Part shown: one piece after another, positions 27,432-37,113 of the stretch | Layout of the letters: each line of letters starts with the position of its first letter | Position numbering within the stretch: the first letter of the stretch is position 1 | DNA from: an uncultured Chloroflexia bacterium | GTDB lineage: Bacteria; Chloroflexota; Limnocylindria; Limnocylindrales; CSP1-4 | Direction: 5' to 3' | NCBI GenBank assembly: GCA_963713285.1 | Contig: CAVQLA010000009.1 | Location: 1,652-65,651, forward strand | Length of the DNA: 64,000 nucleotides | Translations under genes and position numbers: made by a program | Notes under the pieces: generated by a model | Database searches by the model: none | The model's input: the letters and a program-made list of their open reading frames with translations, nothing else | Told to the model about the DNA's origin: nothing

Positions 27432-28373
27432 CTACCCCTTCAGCCCCGAGAGGGCAATGCCGCGCACGAAGTACTTCTGCGCGACCAGGAAGAGCACGAT
27501 CATCGGCGCCAGGCTGACCAGGGCGCCGGCCATCATCTCGGGCCACTTGCCCACGTGCTGGCCCTGGAAGAAGGCCAGGCCGACCGTCGTCGTGTACTGG
27601 TCGAGGTCGTACAGGTAGATGAGCGGGTTCAGCAGGTCGTTCCAGGTCCACATGAAGGTGAAGATCGCCAGCGTCGCGAGCGCCGGCCGGGCGAGCGGAA
27701 GGTAGACCTTCGTGAAGGTCTGCCACGGGTTCGCCCCGTCGACGCGGGCCGCATCGGCGAGCTCCCTGGGGACTGCCAGGAAGAACTGCCGCAGCAGGAA
27801 CGTGCCGAAGGCCCCACCCAGCCACGCCCCCACCCAGAGCGGCTCCTGCGTGCCGATCCAGTTCCCGCTCGCGCTGAAGGGATGCGGGAGCGTGCGGTAC
27901 AGGATGAAGTTGGGGACCAGGACCACCTGGAAGGGGATGATCAGGGTCGCCAGCAGGAGCGCGAAGAGGGGCCCGCGGCCCCGGAACGGGATGACGGCGA
28001 AGGCGTAGGCCGCCATCGACGCGGTGACGAGCTGGCCGGCCGTGCAGAGCACGGCGATCTTGATCGAGTTGAGGAAGAACGTCCCGAACGTCACGTCGTT
28101 CGGGAAGGCGTTCCACATGTTCGTGTAGTTCTCGAAGTGGAGGCCCGACGGGAAGCTGAGCGGCGAGGTCCCGAAGACCTCCGCCCGGGTCTTGAGCGAG
28201 GTCGCGATCATCCAGAAGAAGGGGATCATCATGAGGATGCCGCCGGCGATGAGCGCGGCGTAGAGGAGCGACCGCACGACGAGCCGCTGCCGGCCGCGCC
28301 TGCCGGGCCGTTGCCGCCTGAGCAGCGCGACCGAGGCGGCCATGCCCGGGGACGCCAGGCGCGGGGCCGTCAT
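27432..28373 (-). CDS. carbohydrate ABC transporter permease (MalG-like)
   Basis: 6 TM, BPD_transp_1 EAA-type loop ...KVYLPLARPALATLAIFTFMWTWNDLLNPLIYL. Confidence 0.85.
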   Translation of the reverse strand: MTAPRLASPGMAASVALLRRQRPGRRGRQRLVVRSLLYAALIAGGILMMIPFFWMIATSLKTRAEVFGTSPLSFPSGLHFENYTNMWNAFPNDVTFGTFFLNSIKIAVLCTAGQLVTASMAAYAFAVIPFRGRGPLFALLLATLIIPFQVVLVPNFILYRTLPHPFSASGNWIGTQEPLWVGAWLGGAFGTFLLRQFFLAVPRELADAARVDGANPWQTFTKVYLPLARPALATLAIFTFMWTWNDLLNPLIYLYDLDQYTTTVGLAFFQGQHVGKWPEMMAGALVSLAPMIVLFLVAQKYFVRGIALSGLKG

Positions 28374-28383
28374 GATCCCCGCC

Positions 28384-29304
28384 TCACTGGTAGTGCACCC
28401 AGCGTCGCTGGGAGCGGAAGTAGAAGTACGTCAGCACGGCGACGATGAGGAACAGGACCCACGACGCAGCCGCCGCGTAGCCCATCTTGAAGTTCTTGAA
28501 GCCGTTCTCGTAGATGAAGTAGACGAGGGTGACGGTCGCCTCGGTGGGTTTGCCGGGGCGCGCGAGCACGTACACCTGGTCGAAGATCTGGAACGCCCCG
28601 ATGAGGGCCAGGATGCCGGTGAAGAAGAGGCTCGGCGTCAGGAGCGGCAGCGTCACGTTCCGGAACCGCGCCCAGCGTCCCGCGCCGTCCACCGACGCGG
28701 CGTCGTAGTACTCCTGCGGGATCCCCTGGAGGCCGGCGAGGAAGATGATCACGCTCGTCCCGAGCCCCTGCCAGACGCTCATCATCACGATCGCCGGCAT
28801 CGCCCAGAACGGGTCGGTGACCCACTTCTGGGGCGGGAGGCCGAGGAGCTCGAGGAGCTGGTTGAGGATGCCGCCCGACGGGGCGTAGATCCAGGCCCAC
28901 ACCAGCCCGACCGCCGTGGCCGACGTGACCACGGGCAGGAAGTACGCCGTCCGGATCCAGGCGATCCCGCGGATCGTCTGGTTCAGCGCCAGCGATAGGC
29001 CGAGCGCGAGGACCATCCCGAGCGGCACCGACACGACCGTGTAGAAGGTGGTGTTGCGCAGCGCCACCTGGAAGCGGTGGTCGCCCACGAGCGCCGCGTA
29101 GTTCTCCAGCCCCACCCACTCTGGCGCCGTGAGGAGGTCCCACGCCGTCAGGCTGATCCCGAACGTGGCGCCGATCGGGCCAGCCGACAGGATCGCGAGG
29201 CCGATGAGCGTAGGGGCCAGGAAGAGCCACGCCCAGCGGGCCTCGGCGGCAACCGGACCGCGACCGCGCCGCTGGGAAGCGGCGCGGTCGCGGAGCGCGG
29301 TCAT
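28384..29304 (-). CDS. carbohydrate ABC transporter permease (MalF-like)
   Basis: ARWAWLFLAPTLIGLAIL...AASVDGAGRWARFRNVTLPLLTPSLFFTGILALIGAFQIF. Start at internal Met MTALRDRAAS. Confidence 0.85.
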   Translation of the reverse strand: MTALRDRAASQRRGRGPVAAEARWAWLFLAPTLIGLAILSAGPIGATFGISLTAWDLLTAPEWVGLENYAALVGDHRFQVALRNTTFYTVVSVPLGMVLALGLSLALNQTIRGIAWIRTAYFLPVVTSATAVGLVWAWIYAPSGGILNQLLELLGLPPQKWVTDPFWAMPAIVMMSVWQGLGTSVIIFLAGLQGIPQEYYDAASVDGAGRWARFRNVTLPLLTPSLFFTGILALIGAFQIFDQVYVLARPGKPTEATVTLVYFIYENGFKNFKMGYAAAASWVLFLIVAVLTYFYFRSQRRWVHYQ

Positions 29305-29332
29305 TGAGTGCCGTCCGCCGGGCGACGGGTCG

Positions 29333-30706
29333 TCACTGGGCGGCGAGGACGGCGTCCAGCTGCGGGACGACGTCGGCCAGCGCCTGCGCGGCCGTCTTCT
29401 TCGGCTCGTTGAAGACGTTCGTGTCCAGCTCGCCCTGGAGGATGGTCGTGAACTCGTTGTAGCCGGCGAACGACGGCTTGAGGTTCGCGTAGGAGAGGCT
29501 CGCGGCCAAGACGTCGGCGCCCTCGAACGAGGTCGCATACGGGCCTGCGAGGACCTCCTTGCTGACCGGGAGCGACGCCTTCAGCAGCATCAGCTGCTCC
29601 TGCGCGGCGGGGCTCGCCAGGTACTTCACGAACTCCCAGGCTGCGTCCGGCGCCTTCGTCCCCTTGTAGACCACGGCACCGGTCGGGTTGACCGAGGTGA
29701 AGCGTCCGGCCGGCCCGGCCGGCAGCGGGGCGAGCCCGAACGTGAAGCCGAGCTCCTCGGAGGCGGCGGTGTGCGTCGGGACGAGCCAGGAGCCGTTCGC
29801 CTCCATGGCCGCCTTGCCCTGCTCGAAGGCGTCCCCGGTCTCCGCGAAGAGCGCCGGCTCCGCCATGATCTTCTCCTTCCAGATCAGGTCCTGGAGGAAC
29901 TGGATCCCGCCGGCCGCCTCGGGCGTGCCGAGGAGGGTCGCCGTCCTGTCGGCGCTGATGATGTCGCCGCCGTTCTGCCAGACGAGCGAGCTCCAGTAGT
30001 TCTCCATGTCGGTCGTCTCGGTGTAGAAGCCCCACTGGTCGACGGTGCCGTCACCGTCGACGTCCTTGGTCAGCTGCTTCCCGACCTCGACGAGCTTCGC
30101 CCAGTCCCAGCTCTCGTCCGGGTAGGCGACGCCCGCGGCGTCGAACATCGTCTTGTTGAAGTACAAGATGATCGTGTTCAGATCGCGGGGCAGGCCGTAC
30201 TGGCCGCCGTCGCTCGTCGTGAAGACCGCCACGCCCTGGTCCGCCAGCTGCGTCAGGTCGTAGCCGTCGCGGTCGATGTAGGGCTTGAGGTCCAGCAGCA
30301 CGTCGCGGGACTGGTAGTCGGGGAAGAGCGGGCCGTCCATCGCGAAGACGTCGGGCGCGGCGCCGCCGGCGAGGCCCGTCTGCAGCTTGTCCCAGTAGGC
30401 GTCCCAGTCGCTGACCGTCACGTCGACCGTGATCTTGGGGTTCGCCGCCGTGAACGTGTCGACGACCGCCTGCTGGCTGCTGAGCTCGGCCGGGTCACCC
30501 CAGATCGAGTAGGTGATGGTCACCTCGGGCCCCGTGTACCCGCCGGTCGGCGAGGCCGCGGGCTCGCCCGACGCGGGCGGGGTCGAAGGGCCCGTCGAGG
30601 GGGCGACGGTCGGCGAGGCGTCGCCGCCGCAGGCCGCGGCCAGCAGCCCGACGGTGGTGACGGTGGCGAGGAGACGCGCTCCCCGCGTCGTCCGGAATGT
30701 GCGCAT
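29333..30706 (-). CDS. carbohydrate ABC transporter substrate-binding lipoprotein (SBP family 1)
   Basis: ATG preceded by ggaggag. Lipoprotein signal MRTFRTTRGARLLATVTTVGLLAAC. SBP_bac_1-type fold motifs. Confidence 0.85.
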   Translation of the reverse strand: MRTFRTTRGARLLATVTTVGLLAAACGGDASPTVAPSTGPSTPPASGEPAASPTGGYTGPEVTITYSIWGDPAELSSQQAVVDTFTAANPKITVDVTVSDWDAYWDKLQTGLAGGAAPDVFAMDGPLFPDYQSRDVLLDLKPYIDRDGYDLTQLADQGVAVFTTSDGGQYGLPRDLNTIILYFNKTMFDAAGVAYPDESWDWAKLVEVGKQLTKDVDGDGTVDQWGFYTETTDMENYWSSLVWQNGGDIISADRTATLLGTPEAAGGIQFLQDLIWKEKIMAEPALFAETGDAFEQGKAAMEANGSWLVPTHTAASEELGFTFGLAPLPAGPAGRFTSVNPTGAVVYKGTKAPDAAWEFVKYLASPAAQEQLMLLKASLPVSKEVLAGPYATSFEGADVLAASLSYANLKPSFAGYNEFTTILQGELDTNVFNEPKKTAAQALADVVPQLDAVLAAQ

Positions 30707-30729
30707 CGTTGCTCCTCCTGCGGGTCCGG

Positions 30730-32061
30730 TCAGTCGAGGCCGCTGCCGCCGAGCCAGTCGGGGCCGCTGCCGCCGAGCCAGCCGGGCAGCCATTCCGCCT
30801 CGGCGGCGATCAGCTCGTCGGTCAGGCGCCAGGCCTCCTCGAGGGTGAGGGCGGCCTGGACCTGGGGGTCGGTGAGGACGGCGTGATAGACGAGGTCGCG
30901 GTCCTCCTCAAGGGCCGCCTGGACGGTGAGCACCTGGCAGTCCACCGCGGGCCGGCTGTACGCCGCGCACTGCGGCGGGAGCGACCCGACCGGCACCGGC
31001 TGGACGCCGAGGCCGTCGACGAGGGCCGGGACCTCGACGCAGGCGTCGCCGTCGAGGTTCGCGATGAGGCGACCCCCGGCGTTGGGCACGTTGGCAACGA
31101 TCCGGGCCGGCTCCCCGGTCGTCATGGCGTGGACGATGACCGCCGCGTACTCCCCACTCCTCTCGATCTCGAACGGCTCGCCGGCGTCGAGCTTGCGCTT
31201 CGTCTCGTCGTACTCCACCAGGTTGTCCGCCACGCGCGAGAGATACTCCCCGATCGGCACGTGGAACGGCTCCACCTGGCCCTTGGGGATGAACCACGGG
31301 TTGTACTCGGCATGGTGCTCGGAGGACTCGGTCGGGTAGAAGCCGAAGCGGCGGAAGAGGTCGGCCCGCACGAGGTCGTCGTCGGGCACCCGGCCGGACC
31401 CCACGAAGGCATGCAGAGCGGGGTACAGGTCGGTTCCCCGGTGCTCGAGCCGGAGGATCCAGGCCAGGTGGTTCACCCCGGCCGAGAGCGCGTCGACCTC
31501 CGCCAGCGGCACGTCGAGGTACTCGGCGAGGCGATGGACCGTCCAGTACACGGAGTGGCAGAGCCCGATGGTGGGCAGGCCGAGCGTGTCGTCGACCGCC
31601 TTGACGAGCATCCCCATCGGGTTGGTGTAGTTGAGGAAGAGGGCCTCCGGGCAGACGTCGGCCATGTCGGCGGCGATCCCCAGGACCACGGGGATCGTGC
31701 GCAGCCCGCGCAGGACCCCGCCCACGTTGATCGTGTCGTTGATCGTGTACCGAAGCCCGAAGCGGGCCGGCACGTCGAAGTCGACCTGGGTCGCCCGGGC
31801 GCCGCCCACCTGGATCGTGTTGATCACGAAGTCGGCGCCCGCGAGCGCCTCCCGGCGATCGAGGCTGCCGCGGATGGCGGGCGCCGCGCCCAGCGCGTCC
31901 GCGGTCCAGCGCGCCATCCGCTCGGCGGTGGCCAGGCGGTCCCCGTCGATGTCGTGGAGGACGATCTCCGCGTCGCGCAGCTCCGGGTAGGACAGGAAGT
32001 CACCGAGCAGGTTGCGGGTGAACTCGACGCTGCCGGCGCCGACGAGGACAATTCGAGGCAT
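30730..32061 (-). CDS. glycoside hydrolase family 4 (NAD+/Mn2+-dependent alpha-glycosidase)
   Basis: MPRIVLVGAGSVEF Rossmann N-terminus, NYTNPM, GLCHSV. C-terminus carries a duplicated WLGGSGPD peptide from a 24-bp tandem repeat (30741-30790). Confidence 0.85.
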   Translation of the reverse strand: MPRIVLVGAGSVEFTRNLLGDFLSYPELRDAEIVLHDIDGDRLATAERMARWTADALGAAPAIRGSLDRREALAGADFVINTIQVGGARATQVDFDVPARFGLRYTINDTINVGGVLRGLRTIPVVLGIAADMADVCPEALFLNYTNPMGMLVKAVDDTLGLPTIGLCHSVYWTVHRLAEYLDVPLAEVDALSAGVNHLAWILRLEHRGTDLYPALHAFVGSGRVPDDDLVRADLFRRFGFYPTESSEHHAEYNPWFIPKGQVEPFHVPIGEYLSRVADNLVEYDETKRKLDAGEPFEIERSGEYAAVIVHAMTTGEPARIVANVPNAGGRLIANLDGDACVEVPALVDGLGVQPVPVGSLPPQCAAYSRPAVDCQVLTVQAALEEDRDLVYHAVLTDPQVQAALTLEEAWRLTDELIAAEAEWLPGWLGGSGPDWLGGSGLD

Positions 32062-32062
32062 C

Positions 32063-33163
32063 TCAGCCCTCCGTGACGGCGCTGCCGACGCCGACGATGT
32101 GGCGCAACCCCTGGCTGTGGTAGCGCTCCACCCAGCCGGGGTGGTCCGGGTCGTGGCCGCGGCGGCGGGCCAGGGCGAAGGCGAGGAGCGCCACCGGCGC
32201 GACCGCGGTCAGCGGCGCCAGGTCCTCGGCCGTGTTCGCCGGGAGCGGGAGGTGGTCTGCCCCCGCGATCCCCGGCGCGTCGCCGGGCCCCACCTCGACG
32301 ATCCGCGCCCCCCAGCCCGCGGCGTGCCGGGCGACGTCCAGCGTCGCCTCCCGGCCGGGGCCGTGGGGCGCCAGCGCGACGACCACGCTCGAGGGCCCGA
32401 CGATCGTCGCGGCGCCCGACGCCATCTCCCAGGACTCGGCCGCCTCGGCATGGACGAGCGCCATCTCCTTGAGCTTGAGGGCGGCCTCGAGGGCCGCGGC
32501 GGACGCGCCCCCGCTGCCGACGACGAAGAGGTGCTCACGCCCGACGAGGGCGTCGGCGAGGGCCGGCACGCGAGGCGCTGCGGCGGCGACGGCTTCGTCC
32601 ACGTGCTCGGCTGCCTCCGCCAGGCCGCGCCGAACGGCGTCGGCCCGGGCCCCGCCGAGCAGCTCGCCGAGGACGAGGTACGTGGCCGCGAGCGTGGCGA
32701 CGAACGTCTTCGTCATGACCGGGGCGCCGCTCGGACCGCCGGCGGAGCGCACGACGTGGTCGGCCGCCCGGTCGAGCGTGCTGCCCGGCACGTGCACGAT
32801 GCCGACCGTCGGAACCCGCCCGCGGAGGGCCTCCACGACCGCCAGGACGTCCCGGAACTCGCCGGACGCCGAGATGCCGATGACGGCATCCCCGCTGCCC
32901 AGGTCCGGCAGGTAGTGGCGAAACTCCCCGGCCGGCAGCGCGACGACGGTGGGGTCCGACGCGTTCGCGAGGCGCCGGTGGAGCGTGGCGGCCGCGAGCG
33001 CGGAGTGGTACGAGGTCCCGTTGCCGATCACGTGGATCCGACGCGTCCCGGCGGCCCGCAGCGCCTCCGCGGCGGCGCGCGCCGGCGGCAGCGCCTCGCG
33101 GAGCGTGGCCTGGATGGCGGCCCCCTCGGCGCGAATCTCGATGGGGACGACGCCCTCGCTCAT
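32063..33163 (-). CDS. SIS-domain sugar-phosphate isomerase/deaminase (AgaS/GlmS-C/FrlB-like), two SIS domains
   Basis: IHVIGNGTSYHSA...IGISASGEF...LFVVGSGGASAAALEAALKLKEMA. Start ATG overlaps the DeoR stop (ATGA). Confidence 0.8.
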   Translation of the reverse strand: MSEGVVPIEIRAEGAAIQATLREALPPARAAAEALRAAGTRRIHVIGNGTSYHSALAAATLHRRLANASDPTVVALPAGEFRHYLPDLGSGDAVIGISASGEFRDVLAVVEALRGRVPTVGIVHVPGSTLDRAADHVVRSAGGPSGAPVMTKTFVATLAATYLVLGELLGGARADAVRRGLAEAAEHVDEAVAAAAPRVPALADALVGREHLFVVGSGGASAAALEAALKLKEMALVHAEAAESWEMASGAATIVGPSSVVVALAPHGPGREATLDVARHAAGWGARIVEVGPGDAPGIAGADHLPLPANTAEDLAPLTAVAPVALLAFALARRRGHDPDHPGWVERYHSQGLRHIVGVGSAVTEG

Positions 33164-33966
33164 GGGGTGGCCTGGGCTCCTTTCGAGACGCCGGCGGGCA
33201 CGAAGCTCGCGGCCGGGGGGGCAACGACGACGCGGACGCCGCGCGCCCGCAGGGCGACGACGTCGGCCGGATCGGCGCCCGCGTCGGTGACGATCGTGTC
33301 GACCTCGTCGAGGCCGAACACGAACGCCGGGGCAACCTGGGCGAACTTCGAGGAATCGGCGAGAACGACGCAGCTCCGCGCGCTCCGGCGCAGCGCGCGG
33401 TCGGTGAGGATCTCGGGGATCGAATCGTTCATCAGCCCGTGATCCGGGTCCACGGCCCCGATCCCCATGAACAGCGTGTCGGCGCGCAGCTCGCGGAGCG
33501 CGATCTCGGCGAGATGGCCCAGCATCGAGTGCATGCGCGGGCGGACGACCCCGCCCAGGATCACCAGCTCGATCCCGTCCCGGTCCAGGAGAACGCTCGC
33601 GACGTCCAGGGCGTTCGTGATCACGGTCAGGCGCCGGTCCACCAGCCGGCGGGCGAACTCCAGGGTGGTCGACCCGCTGGAGATCGCGATCGTCTGGCCG
33701 TCCTCCACGAGGGCCGCCGCCGCCCCGCCGATCGCCCGCTTGGCGGTAGCCGCCGCGTCCACCCGGCGGGGCAGCGGCGCGCTCGCCCCGGCGAGGGCGG
33801 CCCCCCCGTAGGTCCGGACCAGGGTTCCCTCGTCCGCCAGCCGGGCAAGGTCGCGACGGATGGTGGACGGCGTGACGCCGAGGTCGCGGGCGAGGACATC
33901 CACGCTCGCCCGGCCATCCTCGCGGAGGCGGCGCACCAGGCGGAGGCGTCGGTCGGACCGCGGCAT
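33160..33966 (-). CDS. DeoR-family transcriptional regulator
   Basis: N-terminal HTH RLRLVRRLREDGRASVDVLARDLGVTPSTIRRDLARL. DeoR C-terminal sugar-phosphate sensor domain (IAISSGSTTLEFARRL...LFMGIGAVD). Confidence 0.85.
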   Translation of the reverse strand: MPRSDRRLRLVRRLREDGRASVDVLARDLGVTPSTIRRDLARLADEGTLVRTYGGAALAGASAPLPRRVDAAATAKRAIGGAAAALVEDGQTIAISSGSTTLEFARRLVDRRLTVITNALDVASVLLDRDGIELVILGGVVRPRMHSMLGHLAEIALRELRADTLFMGIGAVDPDHGLMNDSIPEILTDRALRRSARSCVVLADSSKFAQVAPAFVFGLDEVDTIVTDAGADPADVVALRARGVRVVVAPPAASFVPAGVSKGAQATP

Positions 33967-34090
33967 GCGGCAATCCTGTGACGCATCCTGCGCATCGTCA
34001 ACACGGGTTCTGCGCATTCCGCGCAACTCCATGCGTTGTGTGCGCTGGCGCTGGAGGCGTACGATCGCCGCAACCCGCACGAGGTCTCCG

Positions 34091-35062
34091 ATGGCCCACC
34101 TGCTCGGCACGCGACGCGGCCTGGAAGCCTGCGCGTCCCCCCGCGGGACGTTCGCGGTCCTCGCGCTCGACCACCGCCAGAACCTCCGGAAGGAGCTGCG
34201 ACCGGACGATCCGTCCGCCGCGACCTACGGCCAGATGGTCGAGTTCAAGCGGGCGGTCGTCCGGGCCCTTGCCGGCACCGCCACCGGCACGCTCCTCGAC
34301 CCGGAGATCGGCGCCGCCCAGTGTGTCGCGGACGGCTCCCTGCCGGGCCGCGCCGGGCTCGTCGTCGCGATCGAGGCGACGGGCTACGACGGGCCGCCGA
34401 CCGCCCGCGTGAGCCGCGTCCTCCCCGGCTGGTCCGTGGAGCAGGCGAAGCGGATGGGCGCCTCGGCGGCGAAGCTCCTCGTCTACTACCACCCGGCCGC
34501 CGCCAACGCGCCCGACCAGGAGCGGCTCGTCGCGGCGGTGGCGGCGGCCTGTCGGGCGGTGGATCTCGCCCTGTTCGTCGAGCCGCTGGGCTTCGATCCC
34601 GCGACCGGCGGGAAGCTCGTCGGAGAGGCCCGTCGCGCCTGTGTGGTGGAGACTGCCCGGCGGCTCATGGCCCTGGGCGGCGACGTCCTCAAGGCCGAGT
34701 TCCCCTACGACCCCGGCGTGACCGACGAGGCTGCCTGGACCGACGCCTGCGCGGAGCTCGACGCGGCGTCGCCGGTGCCGTGGGTCCTCCTCTCCGGCGG
34801 GGTGGACGACGCGACCTTCGAGCGCCAGGTGGCGGTCGCCTGTCGGGCAGGCGCCTCGGGCGTCCTCGTCGGCCGGTCTGTCTGGGCCCCGGCCGCGACG
34901 CTCCCGCCGGCCGAGCGCGACGCCTGGCTCGCCGGCGAGGGCAGGGCCCGGCTGGCGCGCCTCGTCGACCTCGTCGACGAGCTCGGCGTCCCGTGGCCGG
35001 CGCGGCCCGGGGCGGTGACCGACGCGGCCACCCCGGGCGAAGGCTGGTACCGGGAGTACTGA
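34091..35062 (+). CDS. class I aldolase of the DeoC/LacD family (tagatose-1,6-bisphosphate aldolase-like)
   Basis: FAVLALDHRQNL (cf. LacD ALDQRGS), LKAEFPY, VLLSGGVDD. Divergent from the DeoR gene. Confidence 0.7.
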   Translation: MAHLLGTRRGLEACASPRGTFAVLALDHRQNLRKELRPDDPSAATYGQMVEFKRAVVRALAGTATGTLLDPEIGAAQCVADGSLPGRAGLVVAIEATGYDGPPTARVSRVLPGWSVEQAKRMGASAAKLLVYYHPAAANAPDQERLVAAVAAACRAVDLALFVEPLGFDPATGGKLVGEARRACVVETARRLMALGGDVLKAEFPYDPGVTDEAAWTDACAELDAASPVPWVLLSGGVDDATFERQVAVACRAGASGVLVGRSVWAPAATLPPAERDAWLAGEGRARLARLVDLVDELGVPWPARPGAVTDAATPGEGWYREY

Positions 35063-35065
35063 GAG

Positions 35066-36034
35066 ATGCCCGGGCCCGGCGGCACGCTGCGCGACCTCGA
35101 CCTCCTCGTCCTCGGCGAGGTGAACCCTGACGTGGTCGTCCGGTCGGCGGACCCGCGGCCCGCGTTCGGGGAGGTCGAGCGGTGGGTCGACACGATCGAG
35201 CTCGTGATCGGCGCATCGTCGGTGATCTTCGCCTGCGGCGCCGCGCGGCTCGGCCTCCGCGTCGCGATGGCCGGCGTCGTCGGCGACGACGCGCTCGGGC
35301 GCTTCATGCTCGCCGCGATGGCCGAGCACGACCTCGAGACGACCGCCGTGCGGGTCGACCCGGCCGTGCCGACCGGGGCCAGCGTCATCCTCTCCGACGG
35401 TCGCGACCGGGCGATCCTCACCGCCGCCGGCACGATCCCGCGGCTGCGGGTCGCCGACGTGCCGCCCGGGCTCGTGGCGCGGGCGCGCCACCTCCACGCG
35501 GGGAGCGTCTACCTCCTCGACGACGCCCGCCCCGACCTCCCGGACCTCTTCCGGCGTGCGCGGGCCGGCGGGGCCACCACCTCGGCCGACACCAACTGGG
35601 ATCCACGGGGAGCGTGGGACGGCGGGATCCGGGCGATCCTGGCCGAGACCGACGTCTTCCTGCCGAACGCCGCCGAGGCGACCCGGATCGCCGGGCTCGC
35701 GGACCCGGAGGATGCCGCCCGGGCGCTCCTCGCGATCGGGCCCCGGGTCGTGGCCGTCAAGCTGGGCGCCGAGGGGGCGCTCGCGGTGACGGCCGACGGC
35801 GGGGCATGCCGCGTCCCTGCCGTGCCCGTGGCACCCCTCGACACGACCGGGGCCGGCAATTCGTTCGACGCCGGGTTTCTGGCGGCGTGGCTGGCCGGGC
35901 GCCCGCTGGAGGCGTGCCTGGGGATCGGCGCGGCGTGCGGCGCCCTCTCGACCCGCGGGATCGGCGGCACGTCGGCCCAGCCGACGCTCCCCGAGGCCGA
36001 GGCGGCTGCCCGCGCCGCCGGGCTGCTGCCGTGA
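35066..36034 (+). CDS. PfkB-family carbohydrate kinase (ribokinase-like)
   Basis: C-terminal anion-hole motif DTTGAGNSFDAGFLAA, PfkB fold. Immediately downstream of the aldolase. Confidence 0.8.
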   Translation: MPGPGGTLRDLDLLVLGEVNPDVVVRSADPRPAFGEVERWVDTIELVIGASSVIFACGAARLGLRVAMAGVVGDDALGRFMLAAMAEHDLETTAVRVDPAVPTGASVILSDGRDRAILTAAGTIPRLRVADVPPGLVARARHLHAGSVYLLDDARPDLPDLFRRARAGGATTSADTNWDPRGAWDGGIRAILAETDVFLPNAAEATRIAGLADPEDAARALLAIGPRVVAVKLGAEGALAVTADGGACRVPAVPVAPLDTTGAGNSFDAGFLAAWLAGRPLEACLGIGAACGALSTRGIGGTSAQPTLPEAEAAARAAGLLP

Positions 36035-37065
36035 GCGGCCGGCGGCCGGCCGCGGGGAGCCCGTCGCCCGGCGTCACGCGGACGCCGGCAGACGGCCGTG
36101 CCGCCTGGCCGCGCCGCCTCGTCTGCGTCTCGGTCAACGCGGCGATCGACAAGACGGCCGCCGTCCCGCGTCTCGTCCCCGGCGAGATCCACCGCCCGGA
36201 GATGCTCTCCGTCCTGCCGGGCGGCAAGGCGCTCAACGTCGCCCGCGCGGCCCGCACGCTGGGCCTCGACGCCATGGTCGTGGCGGTGCTCGGGGGGCAT
36301 GCGGGCGACTGGATGGCCGAGGCGCTGGCCGCGCGCGGGATCCCGACCCGCGCGATCCGCGTCGCCGGCGAGACGCGCACGTGCCTCTCGATCCTCGACC
36401 GGGCCACCGGCAGCCTGACGGAGTTCTACGAGGCCGGGCTCACCCTGCGCCCGGCGGGCTGGTCGTCCGTGGAGGAGGCGCTGCGGGCCGAGCTGGCCGA
36501 CGACCCGGGCGGCGCGTTCGTCGTGGTGGCCGGGAGCCTGCCGCCGGGCGTGCCCCAGGACGGGTATGCGCGGCTGGCTGCCGTCGCTGCCGAGGCTGGG
36601 GCACGGGCGGCGGTCGACGTCGACGGGGCCCATCTCGCGGCGGCGCTCGAGGCCCGACCGTGGCTCGTCAAGGTCAATGCCCGCGAGGCCGGCGCCGCGA
36701 CGGGGATCCCGACCGATGACGAGGCCGGGTCGCTGCAGGCGGCCGCGGCGCTGCGTGCCCGGGGGGCCGCGATCGCGGCGGTCACGCGAGGGGCCGGCGG
36801 TGCGGTGCTCGTCGATGGCGAAGGGGGCGGGTGGCGGATCGGGCCCCCGCCCGAGACCGGTCCCTATGTCGTGGGGAGCGGCGACGCGTTCCTCGCCGGG
36901 CTGGCGGCCGGGCTGGCGGCCGGGCACCCCCTCCCCGAAGCCGCCCGCCTCGGCGCGGCCGCCGCGTGCGCCAACGCCCTCCGCCCCGGCCAGGGGGAGC
37001 TGGACCCGGACGACGTCGCCCGCGTCCGCCCGGGCGTGACCCTCGCGCCCATCCGCCTGGCCTGA
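36031..37065 (+). CDS. 1-phosphofructokinase / tagatose-6-phosphate kinase-like PfkB kinase (FruK/LacC family)
   Basis: VSVNAAIDKT...LPGGKALNVARAA...VVGSGDAFLAGLAAGL. GTG start overlaps the upstream stop (GTGA). The exact start is uncertain. Confidence 0.75.
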   Translation: MSGRRPAAGSPSPGVTRTPADGRAAWPRRLVCVSVNAAIDKTAAVPRLVPGEIHRPEMLSVLPGGKALNVARAARTLGLDAMVVAVLGGHAGDWMAEALAARGIPTRAIRVAGETRTCLSILDRATGSLTEFYEAGLTLRPAGWSSVEEALRAELADDPGGAFVVVAGSLPPGVPQDGYARLAAVAAEAGARAAVDVDGAHLAAALEARPWLVKVNAREAGAATGIPTDDEAGSLQAAAALRARGAAIAAVTRGAGGAVLVDGEGGGWRIGPPPETGPYVVGSGDAFLAGLAAGLAAGHPLPEAARLGAAAACANALRPGQGELDPDDVARVRPGVTLAPIRLA

Positions 37066-37113
37066 GCGAGACGGCGCCGCGGGTGCCGCGGCCCGGGAGG
37101 GTGGACCGCCCCC

